Part shown: positions 37,551 to 47,176 of the stretch, piece by piece
How positions within the stretch are numbered: position 1 is the first letter of the stretch
Layout: every line of letters begins with the position of its first letter
IMG/VR virus record: IMGVR_UViG_3300027976_000049
Location: 1-55,907 of that record
Origin: a virus
Taxonomy: Duplodnaviria; Caudoviricetes
Length of the DNA stretch: 55,907 nt
Reading direction: 5' to 3' (one strand)
The notes under the pieces: generated by a model
The model's input: only the letters and a program-made list of their open reading frames with translations
Told to the model about the DNA's origin: nothing
The model's database searches: none
Made by a program: the position numbers and the translations under genes

Positions 37551-39563
37551 TTAGTTAGATTTAAGGAACGTTACTGATGTGCCTGATTTTTTACCGGCAT
37601 TAGATACGTTTGTTATAATTTTTTTAGGTTGCGCCATTTTATACCTATTAACAATAGACGGCGGAGCTTTTTTTAATATCTGATTGTTTCTAGATATAAT
37701 AAATTTTTTCTTATTCTGATCTTCAATTAGTTTTGATATTTTAGTTTCTAGACCTGATATTTTAGATTCTCTGTTATCTATTTCATTAAATTTATCTCTT
37801 GCTTCTTTTTCAGCGGCATCAACATCATATTGTTGGCTAGGTCTTCTCCATTCTCCTGAGTACATTAACGTTTCAACGTTATCCTGTGAAACCGACGTAA
37901 TATAAATGGTTTGTTTAGACGATTTTAGTATATTTTCACTATCAGATTGTGATATTCTAAACGAAATCTCTCCGTTTGCTAAGTTCTCAGACTTTGCGCT
38001 TTTCTCATTGTTTATTTTTATCTTTCCAGCTGATGTTTCAAATACAAGTCGATAAATTGCGCCATTTAGATTAAGATCTAGTGGAATAGATTTATTATTA
38101 ACTATATTAAATAATTTTAGTTTTACTGCGTTATCAAACGGAGATATAATAAGCCTTAATTTTCCAGGTCCAAATATAATGTCATCTCCAATATCTTTAA
38201 GTTTAACAATTCCACTATTTTTAGATACTGATATATTATTATTACTAAAAAACACGGGTACATACTCAATAGATTTAACAGGGGCAACATGTGTAGCCTC
38301 ATCTCCAATAAATCCTGGAGCAAATGTAGGTTCTATGAACAGTTTGGTTGCTTCAAAATTCTTTTTAATTATCTTATTATATACCTTTTGAGATTGTGGC
38401 TCATCTGATAATGGAATAACATTTAACTTTCTGCCATATTTCTTAGGAGATATCATTGAAAACGAAGCTTCTCTAATGATTTGTTCTCCATTTCTTCGGT
38501 TTGTTAATCTTGCTAATAAGTCAATTGACATACTAACAGCTGTCCCCGCATTCTTAAGAATAGGTCTAAATACTAAAGGTTCATCCCAATCATCTTCTTG
38601 AAATATAACCTGACGTGATGTATTTATAAATGCGCTTCCGATTTGTTCAAAAATACTAAGCTGATGTATGATTACCCAATCGTCGCTAGGATGTTTCTTA
38701 TTTAATATTGAAATAAGTTCTTCGGGGAATCCTCCATTCCAAGTAAGATAATATTCTATAAAGTCACCGTTTGCCGATTCCGTAACAGCAGCACCAACAT
38801 TATTGAACTCATTTGATTGAGATACAGATGCGCTGTAATTTTCTGATATCTCAAAGGCATCATATTTAACATTTAAATCAGTATGAATTATTGAACGTTT
38901 ACCACATTCAGATAATGTAACATTAATTGGTGCGTTTGTAGTAAATCCTGAATATCCACCAGTTGAAGTAGGAGTAATTGCGGCAGCTAATGTATTTGAT
39001 TTAACTGCTGCATTTATAAAATCTTGATTTATATTTTTAATAGATGGAACTAAAATGTCAATATATCTATCAAATTGAGAATCGGATAAGAATAAAGGTT
39101 TAGGATTAAATGTTATTAATTCGCCGATAGTATCCGGTGAAAGCATTATGTTAGCAAATATATGATTTTCTCCATTATTTTGTCTATTTATTACTGCTAG
39201 GATAATTGCTTTAAATCCTTCGAAATCAAATCCGGATACAAAATGAAATCGTACCCTGTCATATACTACATTCCAACCTGATAATGATGTCTCTGTCATA
39301 TCGTTATCATAATCTATATAGTTAGGGATTTTTTCTGAATCTATATAAACCATTTTATTATTACCAATAGAGACAGCTGTTAAATCTTTAATATTTCTAG
39401 TTGATGAAAATGAACTATCTTCGTTGTATATCTGATACACTCCGGCTTTGTCGTTATGTAACAATGTAATATTGTCAGAAATAAAATTAGTTGACCCCAT
39501 CGGTTCAAACATGTACTCAACTAAACAATATGATGTTAAACTTATGAATCTACTTTCCGTCAT
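37551..39563 (-). CDS. Putative structural protein
   Basis: 670-aa beta-rich ORF in a late operon. Confidence 0.75.
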   Translation of the reverse strand: MTESRFISLTSYCLVEYMFEPMGSTNFISDNITLLHNDKAGVYQIYNEDSSFSSTRNIKDLTAVSIGNNKMVYIDSEKIPNYIDYDNDMTETSLSGWNVVYDRVRFHFVSGFDFEGFKAIILAVINRQNNGENHIFANIMLSPDTIGELITFNPKPLFLSDSQFDRYIDILVPSIKNINQDFINAAVKSNTLAAAITPTSTGGYSGFTTNAPINVTLSECGKRSIIHTDLNVKYDAFEISENYSASVSQSNEFNNVGAAVTESANGDFIEYYLTWNGGFPEELISILNKKHPSDDWVIIHQLSIFEQIGSAFINTSRQVIFQEDDWDEPLVFRPILKNAGTAVSMSIDLLARLTNRRNGEQIIREASFSMISPKKYGRKLNVIPLSDEPQSQKVYNKIIKKNFEATKLFIEPTFAPGFIGDEATHVAPVKSIEYVPVFFSNNNISVSKNSGIVKLKDIGDDIIFGPGKLRLIISPFDNAVKLKLFNIVNNKSIPLDLNLNGAIYRLVFETSAGKIKINNEKSAKSENLANGEISFRISQSDSENILKSSKQTIYITSVSQDNVETLMYSGEWRRPSQQYDVDAAEKEARDKFNEIDNRESKISGLETKISKLIEDQNKKKFIISRNNQILKKAPPSIVNRYKMAQPKKIITNVSNAGKKSGTSVTFLKSN

Positions 39564-39577
39564 TGTATTTTACTTTT

Positions 39578-40360
39578 TTATAGACCAAACGGTCTAAATA
39601 ATTTTTTAAAATGTTTATTTAGGTTGTATGTTGCAGTTACTCCTACAAATACGCCATGGTTTACTGAACTTGTATTAAATACTAACCCATATCCGACTGA
39701 TGGACCAAATACAACAGCGCTTTCGTTTGATGTTATCATCTTTTTATCAATAATAGATCCCGTTATATCTGTTACTATAAACCCTGGATAATCTGATTTT
39801 ATAAATATTTTATACGAATCCTTTCCTTCTGATAATCCAGTAGTAAATGACATTCCTATTTCGTTTACATTGATTGACGTAGTACCCGGTTGAATTGAAT
39901 CGCCGATATGTGTAAATCTACTTTCTCCTGATAGTTTTTGATAATTACCAACACTAAATGTTTTATCGTAGTTCCAAGATATTCCAGTGCTTCCATCTTT
40001 GTATTTAAATACGACGTTATCAACATTAAGTGTATCATGTTTAATAACAATAGTTTCAACAAATACAACTTTAGGGTTATTCTTAAGATGTTTTATTTTA
40101 TCGTATAAATCTTTATTAATAGATTTTAATTCTTCCTTAGATGCAACTAAAATGCCCTTCTCGAATGTTAGATCTCCAGCTTTATCAGTGTATGTTGTTA
40201 TGCTATCAGCAAGTGCTATCCTATTCATATTAGCAATAGTTACCTCATCTTTTAGATTAGACGAACGATTACATTGTTTTAAATATAACATAGTAACGAT
40301 AGCTATGACTATGATAAGTATAGTGTTTGTGTTAATGTTTTTAAGTTTTCCTAGTTTCAT
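39578..40360 (-). CDS. Membrane-anchored spanin-like protein
   Basis: N-terminal TM ending LKQC, a coiled coil, and a C-terminal beta-hairpin GPSVGYG...GVFVGVTATYN. Confidence 0.55.
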   Translation of the reverse strand: MKLGKLKNINTNTILIIVIAIVTMLYLKQCNRSSNLKDEVTIANMNRIALADSITTYTDKAGDLTFEKGILVASKEELKSINKDLYDKIKHLKNNPKVVFVETIVIKHDTLNVDNVVFKYKDGSTGISWNYDKTFSVGNYQKLSGESRFTHIGDSIQPGTTSINVNEIGMSFTTGLSEGKDSYKIFIKSDYPGFIVTDITGSIIDKKMITSNESAVVFGPSVGYGLVFNTSSVNHGVFVGVTATYNLNKHFKKLFRPFGL

Positions 40361-40596
40361 GTGTTTATAAGTTTAGTTAGATTTTCCTGGTTTAATATTA
40401 AACCTGTTTCCTCTTCTATTTTATTTATCAACATAATTTCTGACTCTCTTAAGTTAGTAAGTTCATTACTTATTATGTTCTTATTATCAATAATAGACAA
40501 CATCGCTTTCTCTAAATTAGATATTTCAATATGAATATCTGCATATCTATTTACGATTGACTTAAGTTCTTGTATATCCGTCTCTTTAATATTCAT
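40357..40596 (-). CDS. Small coiled-coil protein
   Basis: 79 aa, translationally coupled on both sides. Confidence 0.75.
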   Translation of the reverse strand: MNIKETDIQELKSIVNRYADIHIEISNLEKAMLSIIDNKNIISNELTNLRESEIMLINKIEEETGLILNQENLTKLINT

Positions 40597-42347
40597 TATT
40601 CTATAATTTTAACATCTAACGTACCGGATAATAGATTCTCTATTTTTCTAAGTCGTGATTCTACAGCTGACATATCAGTAGGAGATGACATTGATTGATT
40701 TGACGAACTTGATTGAGTTGATGAAGTATCTGAGCTAGTCGAGTTATCAATAGTACTTGCAGTAGAGGGCGGTTCTGAATTAGTTTTTACTACTTCCGTC
40801 ATAGATACACCACTATCTGTTGGAGCAATATCAGGTTTATCAATAACGGGAGGAGTATTAATAGGAGCAACTCCTCTGTCCAACCCAATTTTTGATTTAG
40901 TAACATCAGTTGTATTAGATATATTATCAGTTACTGAATCTTTAATGTTTTTAATTTTAGATTCTGATGTATTAACTGTGTTAGATATATTAGTCTCATT
41001 TAATATATCATCTGTGTTAACAGAGTCGTCAGTCTCATTTAATATATCATCTGTGTTAACAGAGTCGTCCTCCATTCCAAAACGTTCCTTAACTGCTTCA
41101 ATATCAGCAAGTGTAATTGTTTCATCTTCATCTTCTGTATCTTTAGGGTTCACAGATGTGATGTCTGAATTTATAGCAGTGTTAGTCGTGTTAATACTAG
41201 TATCTCCGATACTTTCAGTATTTGAATCTTCTATGGATGTATCGTTTATCACAGACGATACACTTGATACATTTACTATATCATCTGTGTTAACAGAGTC
41301 GTCAGTTTCATTTAATATATCATCAGTGTTAATAGAGTCGTCCGTACTAACAGAGTCGTCCTCCATTCCAAAACGTTCCTTAACTGCTTCAATATCAGCA
41401 AGTGTAATTGTATCATCTTCATCTTCATCTTCTGTATCTTTAGTTATAGAAGAAGAATTGTTATTAATAACACTTTTAGATATATTATTAGTAATACTTT
41501 CATCAACATCGTTTATAACAGATGATGAAACATTATCAGATACATCAGACTTAACTACTTGTTTATCTTCTAATTCTAAAATTGGAGTTACATTGGATTC
41601 AACAACAGGGGCAATTGATTCAACAGAGTTGCTAGATTCAGTTTCAACATCATCTTCCTCTATTTCGTCTATTACTTCTTCTGGGTTTATAGAATCAGCT
41701 TCGTTGTAATCGGTATCATCTTTTGAATCTATATCATCAGATTCATTAATTGTGTTACTTTTAGTGTTATTTAATAGTGGATACCCATCCTCTCGTAAAG
41801 CCGCGATTAACTCAGGACTAGATAATAATCCACTAGGACCATCTAACTCAGGTTCAAATTGATGTGCGATGCTTTCAATATCTTCGCCCCCCATGATTTT
41901 ATCCCACATGTCCTCGGGTTTTGGTACCTTAAGGATAACACTAGATATTGCCTGCTTTACTTTAAGAAAATATGCATCAGGACCGTCCGCTTTATACTTG
42001 GTTACCTGTTCTAAATATTTCTTAGCTTTTTCTAGTCTACGGTTAGAATCAGATATCTTGTAAAGCTCCTTTACCATTGATTTAAATGGATCACCGTATT
42101 CTAAAAGGTTAATATAATTAATACTTAACCCTGAAGATGGATCGCCTCCATTAAATCCACCTTTTTCTGGGAAAATATTAGCAAATATCTCTCCTGCACC
42201 GAGATTAGCTGCTTCCAACGTCGCCTCTGGATGTAGTTCATTGAACCTGGCCACTAGAGTTTCATACTTCGCGACATTACTATTAACTTTTGCTATTTGT
42301 AAATCCGCCTTATTGAAAAATATACTATTGAATGCGTCTAATGACAT
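40596..42347 (-). CDS. Acidic low-complexity repeat protein, possibly tape-measure/tail-associated
   Basis: D/S/T/N-rich with internal repeats. C-terminus ESRLRKIENLLSGTLDVK. Follows the hub chaperone-like genes. Confidence 0.6.
   Translation of the reverse strand: MSLDAFNSIFFNKADLQIAKVNSNVAKYETLVARFNELHPEATLEAANLGAGEIFANIFPEKGGFNGGDPSSGLSINYINLLEYGDPFKSMVKELYKISDSNRRLEKAKKYLEQVTKYKADGPDAYFLKVKQAISSVILKVPKPEDMWDKIMGGEDIESIAHQFEPELDGPSGLLSSPELIAALREDGYPLLNNTKSNTINESDDIDSKDDTDYNEADSINPEEVIDEIEEDDVETESSNSVESIAPVVESNVTPILELEDKQVVKSDVSDNVSSSVINDVDESITNNISKSVINNNSSSITKDTEDEDEDDTITLADIEAVKERFGMEDDSVSTDDSINTDDILNETDDSVNTDDIVNVSSVSSVINDTSIEDSNTESIGDTSINTTNTAINSDITSVNPKDTEDEDETITLADIEAVKERFGMEDDSVNTDDILNETDDSVNTDDILNETNISNTVNTSESKIKNIKDSVTDNISNTTDVTKSKIGLDRGVAPINTPPVIDKPDIAPTDSGVSMTEVVKTNSEPPSTASTIDNSTSSDTSSTQSSSSNQSMSSPTDMSAVESRLRKIENLLSGTLDVKIIE
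40992..41445. repeat. Internal coding duplications
   Basis: 64-bp identical copies at 41057-41120 and 41348-41411, plus 39-bp units (TDDSVNTDDILNE). Confidence 0.9.
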
Positions 42348-42372
42348 TTACTGTAATTATTTTTATTATTTA

Positions 42373-42640
42373 TTAGTGTTTCAAGTTAGAAGGTAAGTTT
42401 ACTTTAATTGGACTAGTATCTTTTAGTTTTAGTTTATCAATATCCGTTACACGTTCATTGTCATCTTCAATATCTTTATTAATAATATTAAGGAGTAATG
42501 AATATTCCATATATTCTAAATTGTATAATGTATCAAAGCTCTGGTTAAGCTTCACTGCTAATCGAGCGTTAAGCTCAAATAAGTTCATCAAGTCTAGTTG
42601 AAACAATGAAAATATCTTTGACAGTGAAGCTTCCTCCCAA
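42373..42640 (-). CDS. T4 gp51-like baseplate hub assembly protein; start uncertain, possibly a frameshift extension
   Basis: NLFELNARLAVKLNQSFDTLYNLEYMEYSLLLNII resembles gp51-like small proteins. Overlaps the upstream gene in the +1 frame. Confidence 0.55.
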
Positions 42641-43579
42641 AAAAATCGACGTCTCCAATCCAGTTTTACATTTTTCGCATACACCAGATGCACGATTAGT
42701 TGCAGCTAATTTTAATGATTCAGTGATCTTATGAATAATCGTAAACTTCTTATCGCTCCATCTTAGAGATTCTTGTTTTAAGTGTGATAGGTTATCCATC
42801 GTAAGTTGTCTCCAGTCATATACTAAATATGGTCCAAAGCTATAGAATGCCTCATCTATATCAAATCCAGCTTTAATTTCAGTTTTCTTTTTTTGTTTAA
42901 ACTTATCAATTACCCCAGATGATGGAATATATATCTTAATTGTTTCACCTAATTTTTCAGATTTAATAGTAAAGCACTTATCCGTTTCATCATAATACTT
43001 TAATAATTCATCAGGAATTTGGAATCCTAGTAAATTTTTACTTGTTACTTGAATCCTATTAACATGTTTACATTTTACACTTTTACACTTTATATTAGCC
43101 ATTAATTTATTCTCCTGATTAGGGAAAGTTAGTTCATATATTCTAAATAGAATATGATATCTATCAGTATCACTGTAATCTTTAAAATTAAATGGCTGCG
43201 GGTTTCCTTTAACTTTGAATTTAGTACATGCGTTTAATATAAAATTTATCTTTTCCTTTATATCAATTGGATCATGACTATCCATAGTTGACCAGTGTCT
43301 AATCTCTTTAGTTTTAGCTGATCTAATTAATAATTCAACGTCATCAACGTAAAACATTCCACCTGATGGTAGTAAGTCTAATTTAAGTAATTTCCAAGGG
43401 GAATCCTCGACAGCGGATAACTGGGATTCATTTCCTTCATAGCTTCTTGCTTTACCAAGACTTGTTATTGGTTCGTGTTTTGCAACGACTTCAGTAGGTT
43501 CTTGAACATGTTGGTTTACACCATGTTCCATGTCGATTGCATCTAACCTGCTAATATCATCTTCATGTTTATTATCCAT
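42575..43579 (-). CDS. T4 gp26-like baseplate hub assembly protein
   Basis: LPSGGMFY, RSAKTKE, DRYHILFRIYELTF, and two Cys pairs (CKSVKC, CEKC). Confidence 0.75.
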   Translation of the reverse strand: MDNKHEDDISRLDAIDMEHGVNQHVQEPTEVVAKHEPITSLGKARSYEGNESQLSAVEDSPWKLLKLDLLPSGGMFYVDDVELLIRSAKTKEIRHWSTMDSHDPIDIKEKINFILNACTKFKVKGNPQPFNFKDYSDTDRYHILFRIYELTFPNQENKLMANIKCKSVKCKHVNRIQVTSKNLLGFQIPDELLKYYDETDKCFTIKSEKLGETIKIYIPSSGVIDKFKQKKKTEIKAGFDIDEAFYSFGPYLVYDWRQLTMDNLSHLKQESLRWSDKKFTIIHKITESLKLAATNRASGVCEKCKTGLETSIFLGGSFTVKDIFIVSTRLDELI

Positions 43580-43664
43580 ATATTTAATGTGTTTTTTATA
43601 TTATATACAAAAATAGGCGTCTAGTTTTAAAAACAGATGCCTTCTATTAAATTTATTTATTGGA

Positions 43665-44129
43665 CTATGAGTTGATAAACTCTGAGAAATTAAATGCTCG
43701 GTATTTGGACTCATATATACGTTCCATTGAATCGACATATATTTCCTGAGTTTTTAATGTCTCAGGATCTTTGATGTATACCTTGATAGTGTTATCACGT
43801 CGGTTGATATCTATTTTATATAACTTGCCAATTACAGTTCTACCATTTTTTGAATTAAGTTGAGAGTTAACAAGCATTCCACGTACCCTCATTCCAGGTC
43901 TGTAATAATGATCTATTATGTTTATAGTAGAATCAAATTCAGATATACCAGGATCTCCGTCCCTAGACATATCACTTAATGGTAATTGCTTTATTGAAAT
44001 ACCAGGAGTAAATTGACTCCTTCCCATTACGAAGCTAAAGTCTCCACTTTGACCAGTGAAAGGAAGTCCTCTCATTTTATCTCTCTGTTGAAAGCCGGTA
44101 AATCCGTTATTTTCATTTACGTTATTCAT
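43665..44129 (-). CDS. Putative virion protein
   Basis: 154 aa with C-terminal YESKYRAFNFSEFINS tag. Confidence 0.75.
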   Translation of the reverse strand: MNNVNENNGFTGFQQRDKMRGLPFTGQSGDFSFVMGRSQFTPGISIKQLPLSDMSRDGDPGISEFDSTINIIDHYYRPGMRVRGMLVNSQLNSKNGRTVIGKLYKIDINRRDNTIKVYIKDPETLKTQEIYVDSMERIYESKYRAFNFSEFINS

Positions 44130-44548
44130 TAAATAAACGGGGTAGTGTTTGTTCGATGTCCATATATTACATAGGCAGACTCGACTTCAGCTACTATTGT
44201 TCCACCAATGTCACTAGCAAATTCAAATTTACTTAATATAAGATTTAGTATAGGATTTGATGTTAAATATGATACTGGATATACAACAGCGGTATCATCG
44301 GTGTTATGAACTCCCCATATTTTAATGTGGGTTGTTGCGGAGTCTAAATTAGTTAGATCCACAAACTCAACCTTTGTAATAGCACCTAGTGCATTACCTA
44401 TTTTATTAGCAGCAAGCGGTCCGCCTACCTGTAGATATTTAATAGTAGTTTTATCAATATCGGGTTGTCTCTTGTCTGCATTAATATAAACAGGTTTATA
44501 TGACACCGATTCACTAAGTTTAATTATTTCTGTTGCGAAGTTATTCAT
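44129..44548 (-). CDS. Putative structural protein
   Basis: 139 aa, late operon. Confidence 0.75.
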   Translation of the reverse strand: MNNFATEIIKLSESVSYKPVYINADKRQPDIDKTTIKYLQVGGPLAANKIGNALGAITKVEFVDLTNLDSATTHIKIWGVHNTDDTAVVYPVSYLTSNPILNLILSKFEFASDIGGTIVAEVESAYVIYGHRTNTTPFI

Positions 44549-44558
44549 ATTATTATTA

Positions 44559-45098
44559 TTATTTTACTTTACCATAAACAATTAATGCTGAAATTTTAAC
44601 AGCATATAAAAGATTTGGGTTAACTATCTTTATTCTATTTATCAAATGTATTGGGTTATTTGAGGTAGGATTTGTGAACATTGTAAAAAGATTATATAGA
44701 GGATGTCCCTTATATGTTAATGATGCGGCATCCTCTATCCATAGCTCTACATTCTTGTCAGATATATCAATTTCTTCTCCATTACTATCATTAGTTGGAT
44801 ATGTCACCTTTAATATAATCCCTCTCGCATAAACTACTCCGGTGCTTAAATCTAACATAGGTGAACCTGATGTTAGTATGTGGTTATCAAACAGTATAAT
44901 TTCTCCATTATCTACATCTGCATCTAAATGAATGCATGAATATCCATCTACTGGAAATGCAAAATCACCAATACAAAAATCTCCAGCAGTTTCAGTTTTC
45001 TGTACTATCTTAAAGCACTTATCATTGAATAATTGAAGTATCGCTTGGTTATTTGATGCAGCATTCTCGCAAAACGCTTCTATTTTATTAATTGCCAT
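44559..45098 (-). CDS. Putative structural protein
   Basis: 179 aa, late operon. Confidence 0.75.
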   Translation of the reverse strand: MAINKIEAFCENAASNNQAILQLFNDKCFKIVQKTETAGDFCIGDFAFPVDGYSCIHLDADVDNGEIILFDNHILTSGSPMLDLSTGVVYARGIILKVTYPTNDSNGEEIDISDKNVELWIEDAASLTYKGHPLYNLFTMFTNPTSNNPIHLINRIKIVNPNLLYAVKISALIVYGKVK

Positions 45099-45103
45099 TG
45101 TTA

Positions 45104-45724
45104 TTACATTATTTTGTATTTTCCTGTTCTAGGGTCTATTTCTTTACTTAGAGTTTTAGTGGCACGATGTTTATTTTCTATAATAATTGGATTAATAGGA
45201 GATTCGTGCACTTGCTTAGGTTGATTATTAACATCAGATTCTGACGTATCAATATCTATAATTTTGTCGTGTTTAATGTCTGAAAATTTAATGTAAAAAT
45301 GTAAAGCAGTAAGTGACATTATTGGTAAGGTACCACCTTGGAATGCTGCTAGTAATCTACGATGATCAATTATTGTAAAATCTTCAAATACAGGTTGAAT
45401 AAGTTCTACCCATGATAGAAAACCCTCATCTAGTACATTTATATATCTATATTCAAAGAATATGTTACCTATTACTTGAATCATTGTAACTAACCCGAAT
45501 AAAAACCAAATAGATACTCTGCTTATTTTAATAGATGATGCTGAAACGGATGATAGTGCAAATACCTCAATCGCGATTGATAGGTATATTGCCCAGCTAT
45601 ATGGGTTTCCAAGACCATACCAACTAACAACGTGACTAATTGACATGATTACCACTAGTAATATTGGAAGTAGAAATGAATTACGTATAATTAATTCTTT
45701 ATTTAAGTTAATCCACTTAATCAT
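45104..45724 (-). CDS. Multi-pass membrane protein
   Basis: About four hydrophobic helices followed by a hydrophilic tail. Confidence 0.8.
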   Translation of the reverse strand: MIKWINLNKELIIRNSFLLPILLVVIMSISHVVSWYGLGNPYSWAIYLSIAIEVFALSSVSASSIKISRVSIWFLFGLVTMIQVIGNIFFEYRYINVLDEGFLSWVELIQPVFEDFTIIDHRRLLAAFQGGTLPIMSLTALHFYIKFSDIKHDKIIDIDTSESDVNNQPKQVHESPINPIIIENKHRATKTLSKEIDPRTGKYKIM

Positions 45725-46034
45725 TTGACTCTACTCTATCCTTAATTTGGGATAAACTTATTTTTCCTCTATCTAAATCATCTTCATATATTAAAAAATC
45801 TAACATAACACGCTCCATTATATTCATAGCTTCGTCAGATTTTAGTGTAACATGTTTAAGTGATATAATCTCTAATGTTAACGAATCAAGCTTATTAACT
45901 AATGTTGTATTGTTTTCAGTTAGATGCTTGTTAGTTTTACTAATCTTAGAACCATTACATCCTTTTCCAAGAAATAATACTAAGAATAATAACGTTAATA
46001 TTTGCCATGCTTGTGTTTTTATGAAATCTACCAT
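45717..46034 (-). CDS. Membrane-anchored or lipoprotein coiled-coil protein
   Basis: ILTLLFLVLFLGKG-C followed by a coiled coil. GATAAATAATAA at 46050-46061. Confidence 0.7.
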   Translation of the reverse strand: MVDFIKTQAWQILTLLFLVLFLGKGCNGSKISKTNKHLTENNTTLVNKLDSLTLEIISLKHVTLKSDEAMNIMERVMLDFLIYEDDLDRGKISLSQIKDRVESND

Positions 46035-46071
46035 GTATGATGTATATTTTTATTATTTATCATACTTTAGA

Positions 46072-46545
46072 TTATAATAAGTATGAGATTGCTATTAATA
46101 AACCCGTTAATAGCATAGATGACGAAACTACGACATATCCGATATCATATTTAAATTTGTCTTTATTATAACTTCTATATTTATAGCTAATTTGAACTAC
46201 GTATCCATAAAAATCATCACTAAATACACGCTCGTATTCGGCCTTTATTGAATCTAATATACCCTCTTTACCTAAAAAGTCTGTGTATTTCTTCATCGCA
46301 TCGGATACGAACTTAAGTTCAACAGATTCCTGTGAATCTTCGGTGTACATTAATAATTCAGGGTTAAGATTAACTCCGATGAACATTTTGTCTTTTTCCT
46401 TTCTAATTCCGAGTTTTGCAAGTTTATCATCTTCTTCGAGTTCGTTTAGGATTGATTTGTATCTACTAAAATATCTCAAATCCTCAAACGCGTCTCTAAG
46501 AGAATTAAATATTAACTGCGGATAAATGTAGTTTTTAGTTTTCAT
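46072..46545 (-). CDS. Protein with C-terminal TM helix, coupled to the sigma factor
   Basis: ATGA overlap with the sigma gene. Hydrophobic C-terminus. Confidence 0.75.
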   Translation of the reverse strand: MKTKNYIYPQLIFNSLRDAFEDLRYFSRYKSILNELEEDDKLAKLGIRKEKDKMFIGVNLNPELLMYTEDSQESVELKFVSDAMKKYTDFLGKEGILDSIKAEYERVFSDDFYGYVVQISYKYRSYNKDKFKYDIGYVVVSSSMLLTGLLIAISYLL

Positions 46546-47171
46546 AAGTCAAAAATGTGATTTAATGTTTCCCTAAATGCAGGGTTTTTTTGTAATACTT
46601 TAGTCTTAATATCGCTTCGTATTTTTCGAAGCTTGGTTTTTACTGTGTTTTCATTTATTGAATATCGATATGCTATACATCTAACCTTCTCTCTATTAAT
46701 CATTTTATCGATAGCGATACTTTGTAATAATGTATCTTCTATTCCATATATTTCAGAGATAGTCATATCATATAAACTTTGGTATTCATCTTCAAATTTA
46801 ATAAATATTTCACCCTCATTGCATTCTCCACGTTCATGTCCGAGTTCAACATTTGTTGTTCTATTTTTCTTTTTTATATGTAGATAATATAATGTTTCAT
46901 TTCTAGCGATTGTATAAACCCATGTAGTAAATCTACCTTTATTAACATCAAATTTATGTATGTTGTTAAATATCTTCTTTAATGTAAACTGTAGTGCCTC
47001 ATCCGTATCATCACTATTTTGACATAATTTACTAATGTGATATCTAAGTTTTGGGTAAACTAGGGATGCTATTTCGTTTATTTCTCGCTCGGTTATTGAA
47101 CTATCGTTAAATTTTATTGATATTTGGTGAATTCTCTCATTAATAGTCTTGTTAGTTTTTTCAAATCCCAT
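46542..47171 (-). CDS. ECF-type RNA polymerase sigma factor
   Basis: Region 2 DEALQFT..KIF..IHKFD..KGRFTTWVYTIARN and region 4 IAYRYSINENTVKTKLRK, 209 aa. Confidence 0.9.
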   Translation of the reverse strand: MGFEKTNKTINERIHQISIKFNDSSITEREINEIASLVYPKLRYHISKLCQNSDDTDEALQFTLKKIFNNIHKFDVNKGRFTTWVYTIARNETLYYLHIKKKNRTTNVELGHERGECNEGEIFIKFEDEYQSLYDMTISEIYGIEDTLLQSIAIDKMINREKVRCIAYRYSINENTVKTKLRKIRSDIKTKVLQKNPAFRETLNHIFDL

Positions 47172-47176
47172 TTATG

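Noticed and set aside
40945-41709. 254-aa Ser-rich plus-strand ORF
   Set aside because: Antisense shadow of the Asp-rich repeat region.
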